From: Pseudomonadota bacterium
GTDB lineage: Bacteria; Pseudomonadota; Alphaproteobacteria; Rickettsiales; RGZB01
Direction of reading: 5' to 3'
DNA: 64,000 nucleotides
NCBI GenBank assembly: GCA_010031735.1
Contig: RGZB01000004.1
Span: 24-64,023, forward strand
Under the pieces are notes generated by a model. The model had not been told where the DNA came from and did not search any database. It worked only from the letters and a program-made list of their open reading frames with translations. Both the position numbers and the translations under genes were made by a program. Positions 16,243 to 25,590 of the stretch are shown here, piece by piece (within the stretch, counting starts at the first letter, position 1; each line of letters opens with the position of its first letter).

Positions 16243-18102
16243 ATGAATTTGTCGCGCTTAAAAAACTTTGGAACATATGAATGGCTTGCAATTGTGACAT
16301 GCGTTGCAATTGCGCTTCACTTACTGCTGAGCCATAGTCCGGAACCGTTCTTGTGGTACGCGGATTATCCGCTCTGGCTCACGATTCTAGTGGGTGGGAT
16401 GCCGCTTCTCTTCGGCATACTCCGAAAATTATGGAAACGTGATTTCGGTGCCGACTTCTTAGCCGCGATCGCACTGGTGACTGCGGTAGTGCTCGAAGAA
16501 TACCTTGCGGCCTCGCTGATCATATTGATGTTATCGGGCGGGCAGGCACTGGAAGTCTACGCGATGCGGAAAGCATCTTCGGTGCTGGCGGCGCTCTCCG
16601 AACGCATGCCTGCGATCGCCCACCGGAAAAAAGGCGATGCGGTAGAAGAGATCGCACTCTCGGATGTGAAGGTCGGCGATCTGATCATGGTCTATCCGCA
16701 TGAAGCAAGCCCGGTCGACGGCGTGGTGGTCGAAGGCCATAGCACGATGGATGAATCTTACCTCACCGGGGAGCCGTATAAGATTTCGAAGGCACCGGGT
16801 GCCAGTGTGCTCTCGGGTGCGGTGAACGGTGATACGATGCTCGTGATTGCTGCAGAGAAGCTCGCGGCTGATTCGCGTTACGCGGCGATCATGAAGGTGA
16901 TGCAGGATGCCGAACAGAAACGCCCAAAACTCCGCAGGCTCGCCGACCAGATCGGCAGTGTGTTCGCTCCGCTCGCACTCGCATTTGCGGGCGTTACATG
17001 GATCATCACCGGCGATGAAGTGCGCTTCCTTTCCGTCCTGGTGGTGGCAACACCCTGCCCGTTACTCATCGCGATCCCGGTGGCGATCATCAGCGCGATC
17101 TCGATTGCCGCACGGCACGGTATCATCATCAAAGACCCTTCCGTGCTTGAACGGTTGCCGACGTGTACAACGGCGATTTTCGACAAAACCGGAACCCTTA
17201 CCTACGGTCAGCCGGAATACACACAGATGCATCTTGCCACCGGATTCACTGAAGAAGAAGTGCTGAAGGCGGTCGCGAGTTTAGAGCGTTATTCCAAACA
17301 TCCGCTCGCAGGCGCCATCGTCAAGGCAGCAGAGAAACGTCAACTGACCCTGCCGCCTGTAGAGCAGGTATCCGAGCGACCGGGCGAGGGCCTGCATGGG
17401 CGTGTGCAGGGGCGCAAGATCCATGTGACGCACCGTAAATATATCCAGCGCAAAGCCGAACACCTGGTAAAGGAATTGCCGCCCGTCGCTGCCGGGCTTG
17501 AATGCATCGTCCTGATCGACGATGCGTTTGCCGCCAGTATGCAATTCCGTGACAAACCGCGCGAAGATGGCAAGCCCTTCATCAAACACCTCTCACCGGC
17601 GCATCAGTTCGACCGTGTGATCCTGCTCTCCGGTGACCGCGCAAACGAAGTGGAGTATCTGGCGAAGATCATGGGCATCAAGGAAACGTATTCGGCCCAA
17701 TCGCCGGAGCAGAAGCTGGAGATCGTGCGCGGTGAATCTGCCAAAGCGCCCACGCTTTTCATGGGTGATGGTATCAACGATGCGCCGGCGCTCACCGCGG
17801 CGACCGTGGGGCTTGCTTTCGGACAGAACCATGCAGTGACCGGAGAATCCGCAGGCGCGGTGATCATGGATAACACCCTCGAGAAAGTGGATGAGCTGAT
17901 CCACTTGAGCAGTAGCCTGCGGAATATCGCGCTTCAGAGCGCGGTGGGCGGTATGGTGTTAAGTTTCATCGGGATGGGACTTGCAGCGACAGGTTATCTC
18001 TCGCCGGTCGTGGGTGCACTCGCACAAGAAGCGATCGATATGATCGCCATCCTCAATGCACTCCGGCTTACGTGGCAAGCGCGTATAGATACCGATATGT
18101 AA
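16243..18102 (+). CDS. heavy-metal-type (P1B) P-type ATPase
   Basis: DKTGTLT, GDGINDAP, TGEP, TM4 motif VATPCPLLIA and C-terminal ILNALRL. No N-terminal HMA domain. Confidence 0.9.
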   Translation: MNLSRLKNFGTYEWLAIVTCVAIALHLLLSHSPEPFLWYADYPLWLTILVGGMPLLFGILRKLWKRDFGADFLAAIALVTAVVLEEYLAASLIILMLSGGQALEVYAMRKASSVLAALSERMPAIAHRKKGDAVEEIALSDVKVGDLIMVYPHEASPVDGVVVEGHSTMDESYLTGEPYKISKAPGASVLSGAVNGDTMLVIAAEKLAADSRYAAIMKVMQDAEQKRPKLRRLADQIGSVFAPLALAFAGVTWIITGDEVRFLSVLVVATPCPLLIAIPVAIISAISIAARHGIIIKDPSVLERLPTCTTAIFDKTGTLTYGQPEYTQMHLATGFTEEEVLKAVASLERYSKHPLAGAIVKAAEKRQLTLPPVEQVSERPGEGLHGRVQGRKIHVTHRKYIQRKAEHLVKELPPVAAGLECIVLIDDAFAASMQFRDKPREDGKPFIKHLSPAHQFDRVILLSGDRANEVEYLAKIMGIKETYSAQSPEQKLEIVRGESAKAPTLFMGDGINDAPALTAATVGLAFGQNHAVTGESAGAVIMDNTLEKVDELIHLSSSLRNIALQSAVGGMVLSFIGMGLAATGYLSPVVGALAQEAIDMIAILNALRLTWQARIDTDM

Positions 18103-18111
18103 GCAATAAAA

Positions 18112-18141
18112 AACGGCGGGGGAAACATTCCGCCCGCCGTT
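18112..18141. terminator. bidirectional rho-independent terminator
   Basis: aacggcggg / cccgccgtt form a 9-bp stem, with an A-run upstream and a T/C-rich tract downstream. It lies between the convergent ATPase and OmpA-family genes. Confidence 0.6.
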
Positions 18142-18160
18142 CTCTCTTCAACGTATTTCG

Positions 18161-18763
18161 TTACTGCATCATCTCGAGTTCGATCTCGACGCGACGGTCT
18201 TGGCGCAGGCAATCGATTTTCGCTTGGCGTTTCAGGTTGGCAGCACAATGGGTGATAGAACCGCTTTCACCAAGCCCGCGTACTTCCACCACGCCGATGT
18301 TCTTGAAGCCGCGAGCGACGAGATAACCCTTTACGGATTCTGCACGACGGTTTGAGAGCGCGCGATTATATTCGTCCTTGCCCATTTCATCGGCATAACC
18401 GACGATATTGCCGCGCACGACCTCTTTCGCCGAGCCTACTTTCACGAGGAGGTCATCGATCTTGTTCATCGCTTCGGTGTTCAGCTCAGATTTATTAAAA
18501 TCGAAGAGCACGGTGCGTTCTGCTTTGGTGATCGCAGCGATCTTTTCCTGCACCGGTTGCGGTTGGGGTGCCGCCGCTTTTTTATCGCACATATCGTTTG
18601 CTTCGGTCCATTTCGTGAGCACGCAATCACCGCGCGCATCACGCACCGGGTTGTTGCGTTTGTCTACGACAGCATCGCGCTGGCCGTTTGCGTGTGCAGA
18701 TGCACTGGATACAGCAAGGATGAAAGCGGCAGCACAGACGATTCTCTTTACAGAAATCAGCAT
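18161..18763 (-). CDS. OmpA-family protein
   Basis: Signal peptide MLISVKRIVCAAAFILAVSSASAHA. C-terminal OmpA-like domain: FDFNKSELNTEA...GYADEMGKDEYNRALSNRRAESVKGYL...DRRVEIE. Confidence 0.85.
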   Translation of the reverse strand: MLISVKRIVCAAAFILAVSSASAHANGQRDAVVDKRNNPVRDARGDCVLTKWTEANDMCDKKAAAPQPQPVQEKIAAITKAERTVLFDFNKSELNTEAMNKIDDLLVKVGSAKEVVRGNIVGYADEMGKDEYNRALSNRRAESVKGYLVARGFKNIGVVEVRGLGESGSITHCAANLKRQAKIDCLRQDRRVEIELEMMQ

Positions 18764-18905
18764 AGTAGACCTCTTGATTGGAATTATTTCTTTATCGGAT
18801 TCCTGCCCTTATAGCCTAAATTCCGCTTGCCTGTCAAACCGTTACAATCGGACGCTTTGAAGGTGATTTTACAGCAAAAAAGTGCTATAATTCAGAAAGG
18901 TAATT

Positions 18906-19511
18906 ATGATGCACCTTGACACGTTAAAGAGCGGATTCGTACCGCCAGAGAGCAAGTTGGTGCCGTGGAATCAGTGGAATCCGGGGCTGACGAACGACGA
19001 GCTCACGCTCGGCCAGGTGAAAGAAACACTACCGGGCGCGAACCCCGACGACATCGGTTTCATGGTGAAGTTGCTTGAGAATCCGGCATCGCCGTTAGCA
19101 CTTACCGGTGCTGTGAGCTTGGAGCGTCATGACTGCATCCATATCATCTTGGGCCGGGGGCTTCTCAATCAAGACGAAGCGTTCGTGATCGGTTTCACGA
19201 TGGGTTCTGCGGGCGATGATCTCTCGAAACTCGAGGAATTCATCTTCAAGAAAGTCGCGCGCCATCTTTATCCGACGAATTACCGTATGACGCGTAAATC
19301 GCTTAAGGCATACCAGCTGGGTTTAGAGGCAGCCCGCGAAATGGGAACATATAAAATCTATAACTTCCCGTTCGAGAATTATTACCACATGCAGCTCTCG
19401 GAGCTACGCAAGATGCTGAAGGTGAATGCGGCGCGGTTGAAACAAATCTACCGTGAAGAGCAGGCGATGCTCCCCGATACGAAGGCAAGCAAGCGCCTCC
19501 CGATTATATAA
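18906..19511 (+). CDS. hypothetical protein with a Coq4-like HDxxH-x11-E motif
   Basis: HDCIHIILGRGLLNQDE matches the Coq4-family zinc-ligand spacing. Nothing else is recognisable. Confidence 0.45.
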   Translation: MMHLDTLKSGFVPPESKLVPWNQWNPGLTNDELTLGQVKETLPGANPDDIGFMVKLLENPASPLALTGAVSLERHDCIHIILGRGLLNQDEAFVIGFTMGSAGDDLSKLEEFIFKKVARHLYPTNYRMTRKSLKAYQLGLEAAREMGTYKIYNFPFENYYHMQLSELRKMLKVNAARLKQIYREEQAMLPDTKASKRLPII

Positions 19512-19513
19512 TC

Positions 19514-20119
19514 TTAGTGTTTTCCGATCAGATTGAAGAATTCACGGCGCGTTTTTGCGTCTTTGCGGAAGAGGCCGGTCATATGGCTGGTGCTCATCGT
19601 GACATCGTCTTTCTTGACACCGCGTGTGGTCATGCACTGGTGCGAGGCTTCCACCACCACACCGACGCCGCGTGGCTTTAAGGCGTTATCGATCGCTTCG
19701 GCGATCTCGGAGGTGAATTTCTCCTGGATCTGGAGACGCTTTGCGAATACTTCCACCACGCGCGCGAGTTTACTGATACCGACCACGCGTTTCGAAGGGA
19801 GATAGCCGATATGTACTTTGCCGATGATCGGCACCATGTGATGTTCGCAATAGGAGGAGAAACTGATATTGGAGAGCACGATCATTTCGTCGTATTGATC
19901 GATCTCGCCGAAGGTACGTGTGAGTAATTCTTCTGCGTCCTGTTCGTAACCGTTGAAAAACTCCTGGTAAGAACGCGCCACACGGTTCGGCGTGTCGATC
20001 AGGCCTTCGCGGTCCGGATTGTCACCGGCCCAGAGGATGAGTGTGCGCACGGCCGCTTCGGCTTCTTTCATCGTAGGACGTTTGATCGAAGCGTTCTGCT
20101 TCTTCGAAGATATTGCCAT
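19514..20119 (-). CDS. folE: GTP cyclohydrolase I
   Basis: [22 protein letters not shown]...[13 protein letters not shown]...[12 protein letters not shown]. Confidence 0.95.
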   Translation of the reverse strand: MAISSKKQNASIKRPTMKEAEAAVRTLILWAGDNPDREGLIDTPNRVARSYQEFFNGYEQDAEELLTRTFGEIDQYDEMIVLSNISFSSYCEHHMVPIIGKVHIGYLPSKRVVGISKLARVVEVFAKRLQIQEKFTSEIAEAIDNALKPRGVGVVVEASHQCMTTRGVKKDDVTMSTSHMTGLFRKDAKTRREFFNLIGKH

Positions 20120-20128
20120 AACAGCTAC

Positions 20129-21247
20129 CTATTTGGTTTTTTGATTAACGATGAATACTTCGACGCGGCGATTCTGCGGTGCGATAGGGGTTTTGACGCT
20201 ACCCGCACCGAGACCTTGCGCGGTGACCGCATCTTCATCGATACCGCGGTCGACAAGTGCCTTTTTCACGGATGCCGCACGTTTATCCGCCATCGACTGG
20301 ATGAAATCCTTGTTGCCGGATTGATCGGCGTAACCATTCAGCACCACCTCAAAATCCTTATCATCCCGGAGATCCGTCACGATCTTGTTCACCACGACCA
20401 TGCCGTCGCGGCCGAGCGTGGTTTTGCCGGCATCGAAATACACAACGTAAGAAGCACCGGTCTCGCTGCGCACCGCTTTCTTGTGCGGTGCTGCAGGCCC
20501 TTCGTTCGCATCGCCTTCGTCTTTATTCTTGGCGAGCGGATTGAGGCTCGTGATCGGTGTTTCGATGGTGATGCCACGTTTGGCGGGTTTTGCCGTGGCT
20601 TTGGCAGGTGCGGCATCTTCGGCAGCGACATCTTCTGCCACCACGTTCTCTTCCTGTGTCACTTCTTCCATCGCTTCGGGTGCGATGGTGGCGCCGTCGG
20701 TCGCTTCGTTCAGGATATTCAATTGTTCATAGAAACGGTCGCGGCACGCAGCGATGTCCGCCATCTGCCAATTCTCTTCCTGCTGTTCGACCCAGCAATC
20801 GAACGATTCCATGGCCGCTGCGAGCGCTGCGGGCTGGTCACGTTTCATATCGTCGGTGACGAATTTCATCAGGTCCGCACGTGCCTTCACAAGCGGGGGC
20901 AGCATGGTTTCGGGGATATCCCAATCCTTGAGCTCCTCCGGCGCGATCTCGCGGCCTTCTAAGACAGCGATGGCTTTACGGGCGAAATGGTCGGCACTGA
21001 TCCAGTCATACTGTTTGGCTTCGGATTCGGAGAAGGCCATGTATTCCTTGACGATGGCCAGCTGATACGGTGTCCCTTTGATTTCCATCATATGGAGCGA
21101 TTCCAGGCCAAAACGCAAGCAACCCGAGAGGGACGGGGTCAGCACAAGCAGGCACAGGACGACCGTGAGCACGCGCGTAATCTTGCGGATACGGGCATAG
21201 AAACCGTCTTTTGGGAACCCGCTATTTGGAACGCCTGATACTGTCAT
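20129..21247 (-). CDS. OmpA-family lipoprotein with a long acidic linker
   Basis: Lipobox LSGC after a hydrophobic segment. C-terminal OmpA-like domain: VYFDAGKTTLGRDG...GYADQSGNKDFIQSMADKRAASVKKAL...NRRVEVFI. Start placed at the ATG for MTVSG; the track start is a TTG. Confidence 0.8.
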   Translation of the reverse strand: MTVSGVPNSGFPKDGFYARIRKITRVLTVVLCLLVLTPSLSGCLRFGLESLHMMEIKGTPYQLAIVKEYMAFSESEAKQYDWISADHFARKAIAVLEGREIAPEELKDWDIPETMLPPLVKARADLMKFVTDDMKRDQPAALAAAMESFDCWVEQQEENWQMADIAACRDRFYEQLNILNEATDGATIAPEAMEEVTQEENVVAEDVAAEDAAPAKATAKPAKRGITIETPITSLNPLAKNKDEGDANEGPAAPHKKAVRSETGASYVVYFDAGKTTLGRDGMVVVNKIVTDLRDDKDFEVVLNGYADQSGNKDFIQSMADKRAASVKKALVDRGIDEDAVTAQGLGAGSVKTPIAPQNRRVEVFIVNQKTK

Positions 21248-21317
21248 TTTCCTGTCGCGCAAAGGGTAATTACGAGGTAAGCTATAGGCTTATATACTGT
21301 TTTGCAAGGAAGAGTTT

Positions 21318-22181
21318 ATGCAGCCGGATTTTAAGGAAGTGGACCGCGCCGTGAACGTGGCGCTGGCCGAAGATGTAGGCCGTGGGGACATCACTTCGAG
21401 GCTGGTGATCCCAGCAACGGCACGGGGCGCTTTTGCCTTCGTCGCACGGGAGGAGGCAGTGATCTGCGGCCTGCCGGTCGTAATGCACCTGTTTTCCAAG
21501 GTCGCGCCACCCGCACGGGGAGGCGAAGCCTTTCAGGCGAGTCTAAGTGCAAATGAAGGCGTGAAGGTGAAAGCGGGCACCAAACTCTTGACCATCCGGG
21601 GTGAAGTGCAGAACATTCTGGCGGCCGAGCGCGTAGCGCTCAATTTCCTTCAGCATCTTTCCGGTATCGCAACCAAGGCGAACCAGTTCGTCGAGGCGGT
21701 GAAGGGCACGAAAACGGTGATCCTGGATACACGCAAGACCACCCCGGGCCTGCGCGAGCTTGAGAAATATGCCGCGCGCGTGGGCGGAGCGAGGAACCAC
21801 CGCATGCGTCTCGATGACGGTGTGCTCATCAAAGACAACCATATCGCGATCTGCGGCAGTGTGACGGCGGCGATCGAGACCGCGCGTAAAGCCACGCCGG
21901 TGATGACGCGTATCGAAGTGGAATGCGATACACCGGAGCAAGCGAAAGAGGCGATGAAGGCGGGCGCGGACATGCTGCTTCTCGATAACATGAAGCCGGA
22001 GACGATCGCGGGCATCGTGAAGGAGAACCAGAAATACCATATCCCACTTGAGGCTTCGGGCGGCATCAACTTGAAGAACGTTCGAGCGTATGCCGAAGCG
22101 GGCGTCGATTTCATTTCGGTCGGTGCGATCACGCACTCTGCACCGTGGGTCGATATCGGCCTCGATGAAGTGAAAGAGTAG
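21318..22181 (+). CDS. nadC: nicotinate-nucleotide pyrophosphorylase (carboxylating)
   Basis: ERVALNFLQHLSGIAT...ILDTRKTTPGLR.LEKYAARVGGARNHRMRLDD.VLIKDNH. Confidence 0.9.
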   Translation: MQPDFKEVDRAVNVALAEDVGRGDITSRLVIPATARGAFAFVAREEAVICGLPVVMHLFSKVAPPARGGEAFQASLSANEGVKVKAGTKLLTIRGEVQNILAAERVALNFLQHLSGIATKANQFVEAVKGTKTVILDTRKTTPGLRELEKYAARVGGARNHRMRLDDGVLIKDNHIAICGSVTAAIETARKATPVMTRIEVECDTPEQAKEAMKAGADMLLLDNMKPETIAGIVKENQKYHIPLEASGGINLKNVRAYAEAGVDFISVGAITHSAPWVDIGLDEVKE

Positions 22182-22182
22182 T

Positions 22183-23541
22183 ATGTTCACACGCACCCGC
22201 ATATGGTTGGTTTTGCTTCTCATGCTGGTGTGTGTGCCGATCCTGCTGCATGCGCAGAAAGAAGCGCCGATCTCCATCATCCGGGATGACGAGATCGAGC
22301 GGTCGCTGCGCGTATTTGCGACCTCGATCTTCAAAGCATCGGGACTGGCCGCGGATAATGTCGAGATCGTCATCATCAACGACCCGACGCTGAACGCCTT
22401 CGTTTCCGGTGGCCAGCGCATCTATCTGCATACGGGACTCATCGTCGAAAGCGATGACCCGCTCTTGGTAACCGGTGTCATGGCGCACGAAGCCGGCCAC
22501 ATCGCAGGCGGGCACCTGATCCGTAAACGCGACGAAGCCGAAGCGCTCGGGATCGAATCGGCGATCAGCTATGTGCTGGGGGCGGCATCGATCGCGGTCG
22601 GTGCACCGGCAGCGGGTCAAGCCATCATCAGCGGGGGTACGCAGGTGGCGCAGCGCGGCTTCCTCAAATATTCCCGTATCTATGAAGAATCGGCCGATCA
22701 ATCCGGCCTGCAGGCACTCGAGAAAGCGGGTTTATCCGCACGGGGCCTAGCGAAGCTTCTTGATAAACTCAATAACGAGCAGGCGCTCCTGCATGGCAAT
22801 ATCGACCCTTACGCACAAACCCACCCACCCTCGGTCGAGCGCTTGCAACACGTGAAGAATTTCATCCAGACCTCGAAGGTGGGGGATGCACCGGCACCGC
22901 AAGCCTGGCAGGACCAGCAACGCCGCAATGTGGCGAAGCTGAAAGGCTTCATCGATCCGCCCGAGCGTACTTTGAAGAACTATCCGGAGAGCGACACCTC
23001 GGTCGCGGCACGTTATGCCCGCGCGATCGCCTATTACCGCCAGCCGGATATGAAACGCGCGCTGTCCGAGATCGACCTCCTCATCAAAGACTATCCGAAC
23101 GATCCCTATTTCCTAGAGCTTAAAGGACAGATGTTGTTCGAGCATAGCAAGGTCGAGGAATCGATCCCGTATTACAGACGGGCGGTGCAGCTGCAACCGG
23201 ATTCGGCGCTGATTCGTCTCGGCCTTGGCATCGCAGAGATCGCGACCGAGAAGAAAACCTATCTCGAAGAAGCGGTGATGCATCTGGAGCGCGTGGTCTT
23301 GAAAGAACCGAAGAATGCGATGGCGTGGAGACAGCTTGGTATCGCTTACGGCCGCCGGAACGAACTCGGCATGTCTTATATGGCACTCGCGGAAGAAGCG
23401 ACCTTGCTCGGCAAGAAAGAGGATGCCAAACGTTTCAGCAAAAAGGCCGAAGAATTACTCCCGGAAAACTCTCCCGGCGCCATCAAAATCCGCGACCTGA
23501 AAGCCGCGTTGGATAAGAAGAAAGACGATGGTCTTTTCTAG
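22183..23541 (+). CDS. M48-family metallopeptidase with C-terminal TPR repeats (BepA-like)
   Basis: Signal sequence, HEAGHIAGGH zinc motif, and TPR-like helices toward the C-terminus. Confidence 0.85.
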   Translation: MFTRTRIWLVLLLMLVCVPILLHAQKEAPISIIRDDEIERSLRVFATSIFKASGLAADNVEIVIINDPTLNAFVSGGQRIYLHTGLIVESDDPLLVTGVMAHEAGHIAGGHLIRKRDEAEALGIESAISYVLGAASIAVGAPAAGQAIISGGTQVAQRGFLKYSRIYEESADQSGLQALEKAGLSARGLAKLLDKLNNEQALLHGNIDPYAQTHPPSVERLQHVKNFIQTSKVGDAPAPQAWQDQQRRNVAKLKGFIDPPERTLKNYPESDTSVAARYARAIAYYRQPDMKRALSEIDLLIKDYPNDPYFLELKGQMLFEHSKVEESIPYYRRAVQLQPDSALIRLGLGIAEIATEKKTYLEEAVMHLERVVLKEPKNAMAWRQLGIAYGRRNELGMSYMALAEEATLLGKKEDAKRFSKKAEELLPENSPGAIKIRDLKAALDKKKDDGLF

Positions 23542-23597
23542 GAAGAACCTGGATAAATAAGGGTATTCACAGCATTTGAAGGTTTTTTATCACAAAT

Positions 23598-23613
23598 GTT
23601 AAAGAACCGTTAA
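23598..23613. promoter_or_regulatory. perfect CtrA-type box on the reverse strand
   Basis: The top strand reads GTTAA agaaccg TTAA, which is TTAA-N7-TTAAC on the reverse strand. It lies about 85 nt upstream of the DsbA-family gene. Confidence 0.35.
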
Positions 23614-23697
23614 GGACGCCTATAAACCCCTTGCATTTAGCCTCTTCTGGGGCCATTAATACTACATCAATTAATCCCACTATGAGGAGTGATGACT

Positions 23698-24453
23698 ATG
23701 GGTTCTGGTTCCCGTTTATTAGTATTTGTGGTGTTTGTCCTGGTGGTCGTTGCCACCTCTTCCGTTACGGCTACGCTGATGAAAACCAGCGGCGTTTCGG
23801 ATGAAGTCCTCGGCAAAAAAATCGCCGATTTCGTTGTGAAAAATCCGGAAGTGATCGCAAGGTCTCTGCAGCGTGCGCAAGCTCAGCAACAAGAGCAAGA
23901 AGCACAAGATGCGCAGAAGAACATCGGCGATTCCCGTAAAGAACTCGAGAACGATTCGGGCACGCCGTTCATGGGCAATCCGAAAGGCGATGTCGTGGTC
24001 GTGAAATTCAACGACTACAACTGCGGCTTCTGCAAACGCGTAGCGCCGGAAATCGAAAAAGCGATCGCTGCTGACAAAAACCTGAAAGTCGTGATCAAAG
24101 AATTCCCGATCCTCGGTGAATCTTCTGAGAAAGCGGCACGTGCTGCACAAGCGGTATTCTTCTTCGCGCCGGAAAAGTATGCTGAGTTCCACCATGCGCT
24201 GATGAATGCAAACATCCGCGATGAGAACTCGATCTATACCGAAGCGAAAAAACTCGGTATCGATGCCGACAGGCTCAAAAAAGAAATGAACAGCGAGAAA
24301 GTCGTTGCTCAGATCCAGAAGCATCAGGCTCTCGGTCAGAAAATCGGTGTACGCGGTACTCCGACCTTCGTGATCAATGGCGAACTGCAGCGTAAACAAA
24401 CGAGTGCAGATACCATTAAGGAAGAAGCGGCTAAATTCCGTTCGGCGCACTAA
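23698..24453 (+). CDS. DsbA-family thiol:disulfide oxidoreductase
   Basis: N-terminal membrane anchor, CGFC active site and VRGTPTFVING. Start chosen for GAGGAG spacing. Confidence 0.85.
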   Translation: MGSGSRLLVFVVFVLVVVATSSVTATLMKTSGVSDEVLGKKIADFVVKNPEVIARSLQRAQAQQQEQEAQDAQKNIGDSRKELENDSGTPFMGNPKGDVVVVKFNDYNCGFCKRVAPEIEKAIAADKNLKVVIKEFPILGESSEKAARAAQAVFFFAPEKYAEFHHALMNANIRDENSIYTEAKKLGIDADRLKKEMNSEKVVAQIQKHQALGQKIGVRGTPTFVINGELQRKQTSADTIKEEAAKFRSAH

Positions 24454-24481
24454 TCGCCCGAGCGAACTTGCACAAGAAAAA

Positions 24482-24508
24482 CCCCGCCTTCACCGGCGGG
24501 GTTTTTTA
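24482..24508. terminator. bidirectional rho-independent terminator
   Basis: ccccgcc-ttcacc-ggcgggg followed by tttttt, with an A-run on the other side. It lies between the convergent DsbA-family and queD genes. Confidence 0.75.
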
Positions 24509-24524
24509 TTTGTAAGCACTACGG

Positions 24525-24935
24525 TTATTGTGCGGTGACCCAACTGGTTGCCGTGTCATATACACGGACGGACTGGCAGACGGCACCCTTCGGCAAGAAC
24601 GAAGGAACAACCACGTCTTTAAGATAAAGCGCAAGCGCTTCCGCCGTCGGTTCACCTTTTGTGTAAAAGATCTTCTGACCGGTGATTTTGCTGATGGCAC
24701 GACCCAGCGTGTCGGCCTTATTCAGTATCACGTTATGCTCCCAGTTCTGATCGCACCAGGCTTGCAGTTTTTCCTTGAGCTCGTAGAAATCGATCACCTT
24801 ATCACCCGCTTTCTTGTTCGCGGTGACGGTCGCCTCGACCGAAATGCGATAGCCATGCAATTGCCCGCAGATGCCTTTGTCGTGCATCAGGCGTTTGGCT
24901 ACATTACAATCGATTCGGACGGTACAGGATAACAT
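24525..24935 (-). CDS. queD: 6-carboxytetrahydropterin synthase / PTPS family
   Basis: MLSCTVRIDCNVAKRLMHDKGICGQLHGYRISVEATV...WEHNVILN. The ORF-track N-terminal extension was trimmed to the ATG at 24935. Confidence 0.8.
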   Translation of the reverse strand: MLSCTVRIDCNVAKRLMHDKGICGQLHGYRISVEATVTANKKAGDKVIDFYELKEKLQAWCDQNWEHNVILNKADTLGRAISKITGQKIFYTKGEPTAEALALYLKDVVVPSFLPKGAVCQSVRVYDTATSWVTAQ

Positions 24936-25009
24936 CTCGGGGATGATGATGGCTCTTATCCCCCTTGTCAATAATTGACTGCGGGGATATTGCCCGTATA
25001 CTGCTCGGC

Positions 25010-25288
25010 ATGGCACACGCAATCGCAAACCTGATATTCAATATCCTCAGCCTCTATGAACTGGTGGTGTTCATCTACATCCTCTTCGGCTGGCTGCTCT
25101 ATTTCGGCATCCTGAACCAGAACCAGCCGGTAGTGCGTAAAATAAACGAGGTGGTGTCGCGTCTGGTGGAGCCGGTCCTGCGGTACTTCCGCCGTATCAT
25201 CCCGCCGATCAGCGGTATCGACCTTTCCCCGATCGCCCTCTTCCTGGTGATCTATTTCTTTAAGGACTTACTGCGCACCGTAGGCTGA
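25010..25288 (+). CDS. YggT-family membrane protein
   Basis: LYELVVFIYILFGWL...EPVLRYFRRIIPPISGIDLSPIALFLVIYF. Confidence 0.75.
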   Translation: MAHAIANLIFNILSLYELVVFIYILFGWLLYFGILNQNQPVVRKINEVVSRLVEPVLRYFRRIIPPISGIDLSPIALFLVIYFFKDLLRTVG

Positions 25289-25590
25289 TGATCCCGTTCT
25301 ACCGTATCATTCCCGGAGGCGTGGTCGTGAAAGTGAAGGCACAACCCGGCGGCGCGATGAATCGCATCGAAGGTGTGGTGGAAGGTGCTCCTGGCGAGGC
25401 CTATCTTAAAGTGAAGGTGACGTGCGTCGCAGAAAAAGGCAAAGCCAATAACGCGATTATGGAGTTGCTTTCTAAAGAATGGGACGTAGCGGTGAGCGAC
25501 ATCACGCTTCTTTCTGGTAGCACGGCAAAACTGAAGCAGTTCGAAATACGTGCGCTCTCAGAAAGCGAATTGTTAGGATTAGTTCGCTAA
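25288..25590 (+). CDS. DUF167 (YggU) family protein
   Basis: VKVKAQPGGAMNRIEGV...LKVKVTCVAEKGKANNAIMELLSKEW. Follows yggT, as in many bacteria. Confidence 0.75.
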   Translation: MIPFYRIIPGGVVVKVKAQPGGAMNRIEGVVEGAPGEAYLKVKVTCVAEKGKANNAIMELLSKEWDVAVSDITLLSGSTAKLKQFEIRALSESELLGLVR

